From Amoebidium appalachense (Eukaryota; Protista; Ichthyosporea): DNA of 64,000 nt. The notes under the pieces were generated by a model. It worked only from the letters and a program-made list of their open reading frames with translations, ran no database searches and was not told the DNA's origin. The stretch is from the NCBI GenBank assembly GCA_963693365.1, contig CAVNZM010000012.1:8126001-8190000 (forward strand), given 5' to 3'. The stretch's first letter is position 1, and every line of letters starts with the position of its first letter. The position numbers were made by a program, and so were the translations under genes. Shown piece after piece: positions 1 to 34,885 of this stretch.

Positions 1-6
1 TCTTAC

Positions 7-394
7 CGTCTTCATCATGCACCCATCCAGCAAGAGTTTGGCCACACCAGCAACGACTCTTTCTCCCCTCCAAATGTTCCCATCTTGGAAAAGCGAAAAA
101 AACCCTTCCAGAAAGAAACAGCTCAAATCCTTGGTTGTATACCATAGTCCATCTCCCCTTTCTACCGAAGAAATCTAGTGCAATGTTAGGGTGTGAAAGG
201 GTGACCCTTAAAACAGAAGTATAGTTGTAGCTGATGCTACAGTTAACATCATTTTCATGGTTTTGTGTGCCTAAGAAAAAATCCCAATCTCCAAGAACAT
301 CAGACACCGTGCAGTTCGTGGGAACGTCGCCAAGAGCACAGCCGCACAGCAAAGCACACAGAAAGAGCGATATTCTTAGAAAGCCTCCTGTCAT
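7..394 (-). CDS. CTSC: Cathepsin C (dipeptidyl peptidase I), first coding exon; gene continues beyond the left edge
   Basis: ATG at 394 opens MTGGFLRISLFLCALLCGCALG-DVPTNCTVSDVLGDWDFFLG...DVNCS...GRWTMVYNQGFELFLSGRVFFAF...CGQTLAGWVHDED, ending at a phase-1 GTAAGA donor at 6..1. This is a signal peptide followed by the exclusion-domain motifs known from human CTSC (DTPANC, YNQGFE, FAF, GWVHD). It is absent from the ORF track because there is no stop inside the window. Confidence 0.93.
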
Positions 395-522
395 TTTTCA
401 TGTTGGTGCCGATTGCGGGACAAAAACAAACAAACAAACAAAAAAAAAATTTGAAAACCGAACGACCAGGCGGCCGGGACAAGCCTTCACAGGCTGGGAC
501 GGTCACCACCTCAAATCACAAA

Positions 523-530
523 TGACGTCA
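523..530. promoter_or_regulatory. CRE/ATF palindrome TGACGTCA upstream of CTSC
   Basis: Perfect TGACGTCA about 130 bp upstream of the CTSC ATG. Function is inferred. Confidence 0.4.
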
Positions 531-3500
531 TTTTACAGTCTTTGAAGGCTACAAAATTTAGACTAACGGTCGCTTTCTTTTCACTGGCGCATCATGCACA
601 CTGACGAAGAAACTCGGAGAAAAGAAGCGGTGTCCGCACGGTGCCTTTTTTGAGCTTTTTGCTAAGAGGTTTTGTAATAAATGTTGCAGTGCTATCAAAA
701 ACTCTGTCAGCTCACATGAAATAACATACACGGCCGTCACCTGTTGTGACTCTTTCCCCTTTCCCTGCTGGCTTCAAGTTTAATTCCGGAGCACACACAC
801 ATGCCACGAGGCCCTTCAAACCAGAACTAGGTTTATACACTATGTATAGCTTGTTAAGTGTTTTTGTTTTGCTTCCCCTTCAAGAAAAACGCATACATGT
901 ACATACACACTTTTTTTGTTTTATACGGCATCATCTACCAGATTCTTCTTCGCTGTTCTTTTGTCGCGTTCCGGTCATAACTGTACATGGTCCCTCACCA
1001 ACTTGGTGACCAGGCCCACACTACAAATGCATGACTTATATACGAGCCACTTGGTTTATCTGACATGTTTTTTTTCTAATAATTCAAAATGATGTATTCT
1101 TTGAGAGCAACACTTGAAACTCAAACCTTCACTTTTATTCACTCGTACAGAGTCAGGAAGAGATGCGAACATGGGGCTGTGGGGCCCGGGCATACTGTGA
1201 ATTCTGTGAAGGTTATGAGCCTATGTGTGTGGGTCTGTTTTGTGAAAAACTCTATACACTGGCATATAACTTCTTTACCACTGCCAAGATGATATCCGGA
1301 AAGAAAAAGCACTCATATAGAGGATTATCTGAGGCAGCACGAATTAGCATATGTATGCAGCCTGTTATGGTACTACCATAAGTCAAGCTGCCGGGAACGG
1401 CGTGACAGACCACAAGAGAACAAAACTCAGATGAAAAAATACTGCCCTATTTCTGCAAAGTAAAAAATTCTCATGATAGACAGGAAGATTGTTGAGCAGC
1501 TGCCACAACAAAACACACCAACTGACTGTCTTTGTTAGCCACTGCGTAAAAGAAGCCTTTTAGGGACAACGAAAAACATGACAGCCTGGCGGGTTGATGT
1601 TCAGTACACCTGCTAACTATGAGCCCTCGACTATGAAACAACAATACAAAAACACACTGTCTGTCTTCAAATACTGTGATAAAGGCAGTTACTGTTGCTT
1701 GGGAGCAGCGCGAACGTAAGATTAAAGAATGGCTTCACTGCAATGGCTTTACGTTTACATGGGCCACAACGGCACCGACAGGTGAGCAACGAGAATCCTT
1801 TTGTTTATTTCTTTCTGTATTTCCTTTCCTTTCTCCATTTTTCCTTTTCTATATATTTTTTGTAGCTTTCGTGTTCATGACACACATTTTACGAGGTTCT
1901 TATGTATAAAACTGCGGACTTTATATAGGCGGGTTTTTTTTCTCTACGCGATACTGGATCAAACGGTTTGATTCGTTTGCCAGGATCATGATCACAGCTG
2001 CTTGCGTTTCCGTTTCGCTTCCTCTTCAAGTTACTTAGGTAAGTAAATACATAATATAACAATATAACTGTACAGAAATGTGCAAATGTATTTGTTTTTT
2101 TTTCATTTCAAAAATATTTCTACGCTTATATTGATTATTTGAAGGCGTTCAAAACTCCAAACGTGGGGGCCTCCAAGTGCTTTTAACAGGGTGCTGGTAA
2201 CCAAATATGGTCCGGTCGGCGAACCTTTCCCGTTTTTTGTTTTCTGGAAAAAAGTGCTCGTAAACACTGTACTTACTATGGTAAAGGCTCAAAAGGTGGA
2301 AAAAGCAAACATATTGAGTTGTTTGTTTTCATTAATTCTATTTTTTCTGCTGATTTGTTGGGAGGAATGGGTACATTTCGACGCCTGAACAAATCCTCGT
2401 TGCTGCTGTTCTCCACCCGGTACTCCCTTATCAGAACAGCAAAAGCCTTTGGGAGGCCATTTAGAAAGATGCAGCAATGTATGTAGCCGGAATAGAAATG
2501 ATAGCCAAAAACGCCGTTTATATATAAACACAGATAAATATATCATGTTTTTCTCTTTTTTCTGGCGGCCGAAACTATACTGAGTGTCTCCTGCTCTCGT
2601 TTTGCTCACACAGAAACAAAACCTTCCAAGCATCTCTGGAAGCAGAGGAAGCAGTTGTAAGCTCTAGACCAGATATGTGATATAAAACTGCTGGTTTTGG
2701 CCTTCTTATTCAATAATAATGTAGCTCTCATGATAATAACCACATATTTATGGCGGATTCAAGATTTGGTAAGGCGTGGTTGTGAGAGAACAGTTGGAAG
2801 GAAAAACGTGAAAACACAACATCATGGTTTGCACTGAAAAAGGTCGATTGGCAAGATGGACGTCCAGCTAAAGATGCTTCGGCGAAACAAAAATTTATAT
2901 GCATTATGGATTTTTCAGCCCTATTACGCTGGTTTATAAGTGGTCAAAAGTGGGCATATATTGACCAGGTTTCCCACCTGGCTTGTGCCTTTTCAAATTT
3001 TCCAAACACACAGTTAGGAGCTGTTTAGGGCTCGCACTCGTGGGATCTCAAGATCCAGTAGGCCAGCATGAAAAAAGTTCAGAACATGAGTTGGAAATAT
3101 TGTTACTAATGTATTTTGACCAAAAGTAGGGCTGTTTAATTCATCTCAAACACGTGGATCAAAGTGTGAATTCTTTGCCCCTGCAGTGAAGGGTGAAAAC
3201 TGTGTTTTGTGTGCTCTACGCAAGTCAAGTGCCAAAACTGAACCAAAATAACTTAAGACCCCGTAAAAATTGTCTTAGATTAAAAATAACAACAATACGC
3301 ATCCATTTGTGCAAAAAAATACCCAAGAATATGGCAAATATGATGGTGTTTAGCGAAAAGACGCGCGCATGACCGTTTCCTCTCGTTCGTTGTTTTGAAG
3401 CGAGTTGATCAAATGTACAGCAAGGATTGCTGCCTGTGCTGTCGCAGTCCTGTCGCGGTTTTTCTTCATACCCGCATAGCAATCTAAATGGGTAAAATTA

Positions 3501-3680
3501 GTAGAAGTTGGTGGGGGTGTATATGTCAGAAAAATGCGTGAAAAAGAATACAGATAAAATTAAATGGCCTTTATAATAAACTGGGATTCAAAAGTTCAAT
3601 AATATTCCAGCTAGTAAGAATATTATAAATGAAAAAAGGAGACAAAGTTTGTGTGTTAAAAACGTTTGCCGTACTCCGAT

Positions 3681-3846
3681 ACCGGAAGCAATCTGCCGGC
3701 CGGCTTTGTGACGTCAATGAAAATAGTGATTGGCTCGTGCTCAGATCGCTCATAGCGTTTACGCTAATATAATTGGTGGGACCCAATCTAAGCCAATCAC
3801 AATGCACCATTTCAAGTAATTGACCATACCCAACGACATTTATAAA
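3681..3846 (+). promoter_or_regulatory. Histone H1 proximal promoter
   Basis: ACCGGAAG (3681), TGACGTCA (3709-3716), four CCAAT/ATTGG boxes (about 3729, 3772, 3783, 3793) and TATAAA (3841-3846) about 70 bp before the ATG. Confidence 0.7.
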
Positions 3847-3915
3847 GGCAATCTGCTCCCAACCGTCACAACCACCACGACAGTTTCTGTTCTCTCTTGA
3901 AAAAAACTAACCAAA

Positions 3916-4560
3916 ATGTCTGACGCCGCCGCCGCCGCCCCCGCTGCTGCCGCCCCTGCTCCGGCCGCCGCCGCCGCCAAGGAGAAGAAGGCAGCCAAGC
4001 CCAAGGCAGCCAAGAAGCCCGCCAAGAAGGCCGACCATCCCCCCTACTTCAACATGATTGCCGAGGCTATTCAGCAGCTCAAGGAGCGCACTGGTTCCTC
4101 CAGGCCAGCCATCCTCAAGGCTGTCACTGCCAAGCACACCAACCTCGGCGAGCAGGCCAAGCACCACATGAACTTCGCCCTCAAGAAGGCCGTTGCCGCC
4201 GGCCACCTTGCCCAGGTGAAGGGCAGCTTCAAGCTGACGGAGGCCGGCAAGAAGGCCCTTGCACCTGCCAAGCCCAAGGCTGCCCCCAAGCCCAAGAAGG
4301 CTGCCGTTGCCAAGAAGCCAAAGGCTGCCAAGAAGCCCGCCGCCGCCAAGAAGACCAGCGCCAAGAAGGCCGCTAAGCCAAAGAAGGCTGCTGCCGCCAA
4401 GCCCAAGAAGGCAACTGCCGAGAAGAAAACAGCGGCCAAGAAGGCTGCCCCCAAGAAGGCACCTGTCAAGAAGGCAGCCAAGCCAGCAGCCAAGCCCGCT
4501 GCCAAGAAGCCAGCAGCAAAGAAGCCTGCTGCCAAGAAGGCTGCTGCCAAGAAGGCATAA
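3916..4560 (+). CDS. H1: Linker histone H1, 214 aa, intronless
   Basis: Ala/Pro-rich N-tail, winged-helix globular domain (HPPYFNMIAEAIQQLKERTGSSRPAILK...LKKAVAAGHLAQVKGSFKL) and Lys/Ala/Pro-rich C-tail. AATAAA at 4813-4818. Confidence 0.97.
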   Translation: MSDAAAAAPAAAAPAPAAAAAKEKKAAKPKAAKKPAKKADHPPYFNMIAEAIQQLKERTGSSRPAILKAVTAKHTNLGEQAKHHMNFALKKAVAAGHLAQVKGSFKLTEAGKKALAPAKPKAAPKPKKAAVAKKPKAAKKPAAAKKTSAKKAAKPKKAAAAKPKKATAEKKTAAKKAAPKKAPVKKAAKPAAKPAAKKPAAKKPAAKKAAAKKA

Positions 4561-5987
4561 ATCTTTTGTATTTTTGCTTAGTTGATAGCTCCGTAGTGTT
4601 GGAAAAATTCTTGAGGTGTACGAATGTTGCTGCAGGTTTTGCGCTTTGTATTACAGTACCCGACGAGGTTTAGTATTCTGTAAATACTACCTAGGGTGCA
4701 ACATTCTTTTTTGAAACATAGATGCTGCTGTATGCATATGTGTTCAGTAGTTATGAATGTAGCATGCAGGCATGCTGCCCCATATATAGTCTTTACGAAT
4801 ATCATATAGACAAATAAAGTGAAGTGATACCGTCTATTTCTTGTCTCCTAATCTGCTGACGACTTCTTCAACCGTTGCAACTTCCGGAACCTCCTTACAT
4901 CTTGTCCTAAGCATGTGTGGAGGTGAATTCCCGGCTGCGTCTGCTTCCCACTCTCATAAGCCCTTGTTTCGCTCATCTTCTAGTTTCCGTATCTCGTCCC
5001 TTTTTCATGCTCTCCCTGCGTCTCTTATCACAAGCACGTTTTTTCCTTTGTTTATCCCTCTCGCTGCTTCCTGCTCGTGTTTTCATCTGCATGCTCTCTC
5101 TTTGGCAGTTCTTGAAACAAGCACGTTTGCCATGTCGACCTGCAGGTTCTCCATCGGGACCATTTTTCAAAAGCAACATGTACGCCGTGTCTATTGGATA
5201 ACAATCAAAGGGCATCTTGAGTAACGAGGAGTAATACAATAGTAATAACTTTTTTCACGGTCTAGCGTCTTTGGTTCTCACCCGTCCATATCCTTTCTTG
5301 ATTGGAAACAGTAATAGTATAGTACCCAGGAACGGTTTCAAACCTCACGACCACAGACGTGTGCCCCTTCCTGCGCATACACTTGCCTGTGCACGTGTTC
5401 ACTTAAAGATGTTATGACCAGATCTGCTTGGAAGTGTCAAACTTGAAACTTCTTTGACTATATCTAGACGTGCAGGTGCAGGCGAAGAATGGATTATGAC
5501 GCGCACTTGTGCTTCCGCACACGCATATACGTCTTATGTGTACCGATAATGAACATAAAAAGGGTGAAGTGATATTGGCAACAGGGAAGGAACTCAAAGC
5601 TCGAGTAGCAACCAATGTGCGTGCACGTGTACAATCACTTTTGTAACATGGTAGCATTTGTTTGTGCGCCTACCGAGTGCTTGAGTTGAGAGTCGGCTTT
5701 GGGCCGCAGACACTCACAGAAAAAGGTGGGAATCAATGATTTGGAAGTATAGAAGGTGGCGCAAGACTTCGAACATGTAAGTGTGTGACACTGAGTATAA
5801 GTATGTACAACATGCACGTGCGTGTAATTTACAATTTACGTGGGTGTGTGTGCCTGTGTTCCAAGGCTGCTCTTGTGTTTCCCGCCGGGGGCTAACTTTA
5901 GGGGGGGGGGGGGGGGGGGGGGGGGCTGAGGAATGGGCCCACATGTAGGCTTACCACCTTAAATCTGGAGGCAACGCGCGGGGCGCC

Positions 5988-6021
<34 letters not shown>

Positions 6022-6359
6022 GGGAGAACTAGGGGTGTAGGGGAGGCCGGGGGGGGGGGGGGGGGGGGGGGAAGGGGGGAGTGAAAGGATGAACTTTTTC
6101 GTGACAAAGTTATCATCAACCATGGTGAAAAAAAAACCACGTCAAATTTCCCTCTCGTTTTCGTTATCCGTTTCTCACCGCTGTGTCTCACAGTTTCAGC
6201 CGTGGGTGTTGTGCTAACAGCAGGGTAACTACAAAATACAGTATAACCACATCTTTAAAGGCACTGGCTCTAAATAGTAAGGGAACTCAACAAGCATCTA
6301 TCTAACCTTGCCAAAGCTTAGCATTAGCCCTGAAGGTCAAACGACAGAGAGAATGCCTG

Positions 6360-7742
<1,383 letters not shown>

Positions 7743-8484
7743 TTGACTGCTACTGGGTGCATGCGAGTTTCTAGCATTTCAACAATACAATAAGTTCGGT
7801 GCTATGAGTTTCGACTGACTGCCGAGCTTGTCGCACATAACTTAACTTTGCCAACTCAGGACTGTGCGCACAGCCTGTGCCAGGAAACACAGCAATGCAA
7901 CCAGGTTGAAAGCGCGACCTTCCCGCAAAGTCGGCCACAAGGCTTACTGCGAAAAGACAAATACAAAACCAATCGATGAATGGTCTTGTGATGTTAATTG
8001 TTAAAAGGTTTAAAAAGTCAAATAAGCTAGAGATCATGCATTTGATAAGTTCACTATGAGAAAATAATGTAACAAATGAAACGCTACCTAGAGATGGGTA
8101 AATTTTGTATTGATGACACAGTGTCTGCGCAGTCTCCTGGGGGTGCTTTCTCATAGGCTGTGGTCATCCTACTTATCTACACATGTACAGTAGCTAATAG
8201 TTTATATTCTATTATTTGATATATGAATGTGGAATACAAAATATTCCAGATGATGCCTTTATAGTTGTATACATAGAATTTTAAGTACCCAAATAGACAG
8301 CTCAATGAACAGAATTCTGGACTGTTGTTTATATGTTTACCCTCTTCTTACTTGTCCCTTACTTATATAGTCCGTCAACAAACCAGCTATTTGTCCAAGA
8401 AGAAAGAAAAAAAGCCAACGCCAAACGTGGCCCCGTAAAAAAACACCCAAGGAGCGGGAAAACATCGCATTCATCACCTCAAAA

Positions 8485-9164
8485 ATGTTACGCTCCACAC
8501 TTCTTTCCCTCTGGCAGAAGATTCTTCTTCTGCTTGAGAACTCCTTCTTCATTCTTCTACCCATCGTTGAAGCACACGTCATTCCAGATGTTTTGCTAAA
8601 GCTGGGTGTTCACTTTCTGATGGGCTCAAAGAAGAGAGAGCTGGAACAGGGGGGGATTGAGGCTCAGGCGGAGAGGAGGAGGGAGTTTATCAAGGAGTTG
8701 AACAACATGCCCATTGCCATCAACACGAAGGTAGGCAACTCTTCGTTTTCTTTTTTCCTGTTTTTTTTCGGGGGGTACAGGTTTCGATGAATAAAGCCTC
8801 ACCTGGGATGTTGGTGTTGGAGGTTGTCAAGCTGTCAAGCTTGTCTGTCACAGGTGTTGTATGTAATGCTAGTATTTTTCTTTTTGGAGAATATTTCTGT
8901 TGATAGAAGCGACAAGCCCCCCTCCCCCCCCTCCCACCCACCCTCCCCCCTCCCTCTCACCATGCAGAGTCCCTATCGTAGCAACCACACCCCATGTCCT
9001 GCTGTACCCTTCGTTTGCCACCTTATATATACCACGAGCAACTGAGCATCCCCCCCGTCCCTCCCCCACCACCACCACCCGCTCACCCACCCACGGGACC
9101 CGGACCTCCCAGGCGGCCCCCCTATGCCCTACCTCCGATTACAATTCTCACCAAGCACACAGAC

Positions 9165-9199
<35 letters not shown>

Positions 9200-11724
9200 T
9201 ACACACAAACAAACGGCCAACCTGTTGAAGTTCCCCACTGCGTTCTTCGTGGCTGTTGTGTCATGTTTTTGGTTTTGTCGATGTGGTACCTGTGCTTGTT
9301 TCTTTCAAGTCATTCCCCTCTTCATTTCTCCCCCCCCCCTCCCCCCCCCCCCCCCCCCCCCCGGTCCCTCTTTCCCCCATCCCACCCTCCTCCGCCGCCC
9401 CAATGCATTGTTTTGCTTGTAAAAGTCGATTTGTACATACATATTTCATGATTCTGCCTCCAGTCCTGACGTATCCTGTACCTCTTTTTCTTTATCCATC
9501 TTTGTACTTTGTGTTGGTGTGTGATACATTCTATTCAAATTTCTCGTCTTCTCCCCCCTCCCCCCCCCCCCCCCCTTCCCCCCCTTCTCCCCCACAACCC
9601 CCTCTCCCGCCCCCGCCCTGCCCCACCCCCGTCTATCCCCATGGTTGCACATCATCGCCCTCCCCTCCTCCCCCCCCCCCCCCCCCCCCCCCCTTCCCCT
9701 CCCCCCCCCCCCCCCCCAACCCCCCTTCCCCTGCTCCACCCCCCAAAACCCCCCCCCCACCCATCTTCCAAACTTGCCTTTCTCTCCTTCTCACAAACAT
9801 ACCCCCACCAGGATGCCAATGAGCAGCACTACGAGGTGCCTACGGAGTACTATGATCTCGTGCTGGGGGAAAGAAAGAAGTACAGCTGCTGCATCTGGGA
9901 CGAAAACACAAAGACACTGGAGCAGGCTGAAAACAATGCTCTCAAGCAGGTTAGAGCCCCCCCCCCCCCCCCCCCCTCCCCCCCCCTCCCCCCCCCCCCC
10001 CCCCCCCCCCCGCCCCTTTCCCCCTTCAATTCTCGATGATTTCTATCTGTCACGACAGCTGTGTACATGTTTGTGACTTGGGTGTTGGGGGGGGAGGGGG
10101 GAGGGGGGATTTGTTGCTTGAGTTAGGGGCTTGTGGATGTGTAGTGGTGGTGGTGGTGGTGGTGATTGCGTGTGCTGCCCCGGGGGTACTGTGGATGTTT
10201 GGGCCACTCCTGTGTATGTGCTCCACTATGGTTGGAATTTTTTCATCCTTGATTGTACGTCTCTTTCTTTTTTTTGTTTTATTGTGACAGTAATTAACGA
10301 ACTGTGGTAATGCCATTGCTTGCTTGCAGGATGTGGTCTGCTTTATCTTCAACTGTGTGTTTTGTATAATCAAATGTAGCCCGCTCTGACCCCCCCCCCC
10401 CCCCCGGCCTCCCCCCCCCCCCCCCGCCCTTTCCCCCTCCCATGGCACCCCCCCCCCCCCTCCAACCCCCCCAACCCACCCAAAAAAAACCTATTCTTCC
10501 CCTCCTCCTCCTCCCCTCCTCCCCCTGTCCCCTGCACCCTCCCCCCACCTCCCCCCCTCCGTCGTCACCTACTCACCGTCTCCAAACCACAGGTGGCTGA
10601 GCGTGCACAAGTTTCCAACGGCCAGAGAATTTTGGATCTGGGCTGTGGGTGGGGGTCTGTGACTCTTTACTTGGCCGAACATTTTCCTGGGGCCCAAATT
10701 ACATCCGTTTCCAACTCTCGGACTCAGAAAATGTACATTGACAGCGTGTGCCAGGCAAAGGGGTTTAAGAACGTTAATGTTATCACGTGCGACATAAATT
10801 CCTTCAACACTGAGCAGAAATTCGATCGTGTGATTAGCGTGGAAATGTTTGAGCACATGAAGAATTATCGCCAGCTGCTGAAGAAAATTTCGTCGTGGAT
10901 GAATCCGGGGGGGTTCTTGTTCGTGCACCATTTTTCGCACGTGCTTCACCCGTACCACTTTGACAACGGGGAGGATTACGAGAAGGGGTTCAACTGGATG
11001 GCGCGGACATTTTTCACGGGGGGAACCATGCCGAGCGATGATTTGCTTCTGAATTTCCAGGTGGGTGCTTTTGCCTGTCAGATGGTGTCTGTGCTTCTTG
11101 TTTTATGCACCCCCCCTCCCCCCCCCCTCTACCTCCCCCCCCCCCCCCCCCCCCCCCCAAATGGTTGGAAGGGAATAGTGTTTGGAGTGAGGGAGGGGTG
11201 GGAAGAGAGAAATGAGAGAGAAGAGGAGGCTGGGATGGTTGTGGTGATTGTGTGTGGGTGTGGGTGTGGGTGTGTGTTTTTGCAGGAGGAAAGAGGGGGG
11301 GGGGGGGGGGGAGGGGGGGGGGAGGGGGGAGGGGGGGGGAAGGGGGAGGGGAGATGAATGCTTCAAAGACCCCCTGCTTTGACGTCTGTTGTGTGTGGTG
11401 ATCGTTTTTTTCTTATTCATCATAGTAACAGTATTTTCAATTCTTGGGTGGCGGTAGTTGGGCGTTTTTTTTTTTTTTTTTTTTTTTTTTTTTGGGGGGG
11501 GGGGGGGTGGGAGCGAGAGAGAGAGAATGGTATCTTAGACACGAGCCATCAGCGATGGGACATAGAGCTTTCGTCTTTACCCCCCTTCTTAATTACCCCC
11601 CCCCCCCCCCCATCTGAATCTACACGCACACACACAACATTTACCATAAACCCACTCTCAATAAGATACACGACTCAGACACCTACACACCCTGCCACAT
11701 GCACACACACACACACAGACACAC

Positions 11725-11822
<98 letters not shown>

Positions 11823-11828
11823 CCCCCC

Positions 11829-11861
<33 letters not shown>

Positions 11862-11970
11862 TTTTCCCCGTCTCTGGTTATTATGCATACTCCTTGTGTG
11901 TGGTTTGCACTCTGCATTGTGCTGTCCATTATGGATGTGTATTTGCGTACTCTCCTAACACATTCTAACG

Positions 11971-12014
<44 letters not shown>

Positions 12015-12016
12015 CT

Positions 12017-12051
<35 letters not shown>

Positions 12052-12129
12052 CTCCCCCCTCCCCCCTCCCCCCTCCCCCCCCCACCCCTCCTTCACACAC
12101 ACACACACACACACACACACATCCCCCCC

Positions 12130-12160
<31 letters not shown>

Positions 12161-12440
12161 AAACACACACACCAAAAAGGACGATCTTCGTGCCGTTGAT
12201 CACTGGGCAGTCAACGGTGTCCACTACCAAAAGACACTTCTTGCATGGCTGGAGAGACAGGACAAACACGAGCAAAAGGTGAAGGTTCTGTTCAGGAAAT
12301 GCTACGGACCCGGAAATGAAACAAGGTGGATTGTTAATTGGCGGCTGTTTTATTTGGCATGTGCGGGATGTTTTGGGTACAACGGGGGCAATGAGTGGTT
12401 TGTGACTCATCTGCTCTTCCAGAGGCCCGTAGAGGCATGA
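8485..12440 (+). CDS. SAM-dependent methyltransferase, coclaurine N-methyltransferase-like / CMAS family, 4 exons, about 370 aa
   Basis: Exons 8485-8730, 9812-9949, 10593-11060 and 12180-12440, all joined by phase-0 GT-AG introns. Motifs [31 protein letters not shown] (SAM motif I), [36 protein letters not shown] and [16 protein letters not shown]. Substrate cannot be assigned. Confidence 0.93.
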
Positions 12441-12481
12441 GCTGTTTTTGGGCTTGAGTGAGGGGAGATGGTGTTTGCCCC

Positions 12482-12533
<52 letters not shown>

Positions 12534-13163
12534 TGACAGTGTGTGTGTCTATTCTTTTATCCTTTCTTTCTTCTCATTTCCTTTCTTTTTTGGGAAGAGG
12601 GGAGGGGGGGGGGGGGGGGGGGGGGGGGTCGATGGACTTTGTGGCAAAGATTGTTTCTTTCACAGGACCGTTTAGAGCTCGCAGCAGCCGAGAGAGAAAG
12701 AGCAAGGGAGAAGGGGTTGTGATTTTTTGTGAATTTTTCTGGTTTTGGGGACTCTGCAAAGCTGCTGGTTCTACACGGGAATAAGGTTGGTGGTTAAGCA
12801 AAAATAATGATGTTTTCTGATTACGTAGCACCGAATTTTTTTATCTTTTTTCTTTTATCTTTTTTTCTCCTCATCCCGTTCTGTACACGTATGCGTAAAT
12901 CTTAATGATTTTTATTTTTTATTTTTATTATTTTTATGATTTATCAAGGATGACATTAGTATTAGTTTAAGTGGTATCAAATATGACGAAAATTGTGGAC
13001 ACCGTTGAGTTCACTGGCCGAGTGGTTTGAAGGTTACTTGGTAGATGTAACGTATGACAATCTATGTACTTGTGTATGGTGTAAGAAATAAAAATAAAAC
13101 GGACGTACAGCAATTTGAAATGTTTTGTTTACCTTAGGATATAACAGCAAAATGCAACCCCTC

Positions 13164-13225
<62 letters not shown>

Positions 13226-14128
13226 ACCCACCCACACACCCACCAACCAGCACCACCACCACCACCACCTGCCCAATCCATCCCCTTGCATGTGATATAA
13301 GGGCTTGAACCGGTGTTCAGAGGGCTGTGCCTGTTCCGCCAAGGCCATCCCTTTATTAGCTAATTCAGAACTCCCTCCCCTCTCCCCCCCCCCCCTCTCT
13401 CTCTCTCAAGGTTCTCTCTCTCTACCTCTCATAGTTCTACCTCCGGCCGCGGGGCCGAGGTGACACCTCTCTCGCCCTCTGTCCCCCCCCCCCCCCCCCC
13501 ATCCCCCCCCCCCCCCCCCCCCCCCCCGCCCACGAACAAAACAAACGCGGCTTGCGTAAGTGGATGCTTGTTCAACGAATCCGAAACGAGTACATTTGTG
13601 ATTGGCGCACTTATTTTGCCGGAACAAAGACAGAGCCTGGCAGAAAAACGGTTATCAGCGATTTTTTTTAATTATTTTTTTTAACGGGTATTGTGTGGGA
13701 TCATAGCAGTTCTGTAGTAGGCCGGGCCCAGTTAGCAGCATATGTTCGTCAGTATTTCATCATTCGAACAGTCCTTCTAACCAGGGGGTGATAAGAATTT
13801 CTTCTGTGGACGGGTGAACGAATTTCTTGTTTGGGACATGGCATGGCAGCCACACACAGAAGCACCTTATAAGCCTGACTCAATCTAGCATCTTTGGATG
13901 TGAAATTTGAAGGATTGTCGCCGAAATTGTAGCTCTCAAGTTATAGGGGAGCATGTAGGTTGGGGAACAACTTCTCTCACGTCAAAAGCATCAAGCAATT
14001 TGTATACTCAAGTAGCCAGACATCTATCCATAGCTTGGTGAGATCTTGACAAAACAGCTGTTTTTTTCCTAGCACATTTGTTAAAGCATATAAGAAACCA
14101 GAAAGCAGACTCCGTTTCCTTGGGAAAA

Positions 14129-33731
<19,603 letters not shown>

Positions 33732-33741
33732 AATCGTGGCC

Positions 33742-33790
33742 AAGATCAGATCTAGACCAATCTAGATCAATCTAGATACAATCTAGATCT
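33742..33790 (+). repeat. Palindromic ATCTAGA(T) tandem repeat in the nicastrin 3' UTR
   Basis: AGATCAGATCTAGACCAATCTAGATCAATCTAGATACAATCTAGATC begins about 10 nt after the stop codon. Confidence 0.8.
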
Positions 33791-34035
33791 GGTTTGGCTG
33801 TGAAGGTCCCAGCAGTGTGCCGAGCAGTAGAGCCATGGGATGGCAACGTGCCCGACAATATACGAAATGTCGGGTGGCTTGATCTCCAACTCTTTTTTGG
33901 TTTTTTGTTTTTTTAACTTGTTTGGATAGTATGTTCTGTATTGCTTCTTTTTTTTTGAACCCAGTTTCCTGTAAAGTTTAGAATACGGAAATGCGGTAGT
34001 GGGAGTTGGTGAGAATTCTACTGGGAGAACAAGAG

Positions 34036-34078
<43 letters not shown>

Positions 34079-34815
34079 CTTGTGCAAGTGAAAATGGTCG
34101 AAAACTCTTCTTACCACTAAGGACGAAGCAATTTCACTGCCTGGGATGAATAGCATGGAAACGAGCACGTGTATATGCAGTACATCGGACTAGCACCCAA
34201 CAAATTCATGTTACATGTCGCATACACAGATGCAGCAATAGGTGGGAAGGGTTAAAGCTTATGATTCGGAAATCTTAAGCTAATAATCTTTTCTCTACCC
34301 ACCCCATCCCATCCCATTGAATTTCCGTGATTTTAGATTTGTACTTGCACTCTGCACCCAAAACTCAAAAATAACGTTAACTAATTTTTTTTGCTCACAC
34401 AATGACATACAAGTCATATAAGCAAGCCCAAATCCTCTAAGGGTTAAACAACATGTTTGTGCCAATTGCAAGCACCCACAGTCTCAATACTTGCTGGCCA
34501 AGTACTATTGATAGCGCATTGGGATATATATAAACTTTGATACATGTGATGCTCGAGATGACTGTAAACCGAGCTATTCAACAAAATGCATACACTGTAG
34601 TACCGGTGCCATACTGTATACCACAATCTGGAAATGATAGGACACAATGAAAGGTGTTGAAATTCAAGATGTACATTTGAGTCGACATATATATGCTCGC
34701 ACAGACTTCCATCAGATTCCATATGTGCGGGCATATCGTCGCCATCTAAATCAACCATGATAAACAATATAAAGTGGCACACGCACGCGCGCGTACATAC
34801 AATGCCATGCATGCG

Positions 34816-34885
<70 letters not shown>

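Noticed and set aside
3840-4585. Antisense and shifted ORFs overlapping H1 (159 aa, 99 aa, 108 aa)
   Set aside because: Shadows of the biased GCC/AAG codon usage of H1.
13012-13090. TGGCCGAGTGGTTTGAAGG resembling a tRNA D-arm / A-box
   Set aside because: No downstream GTTCRA B-box and no cloverleaf or acceptor stem.
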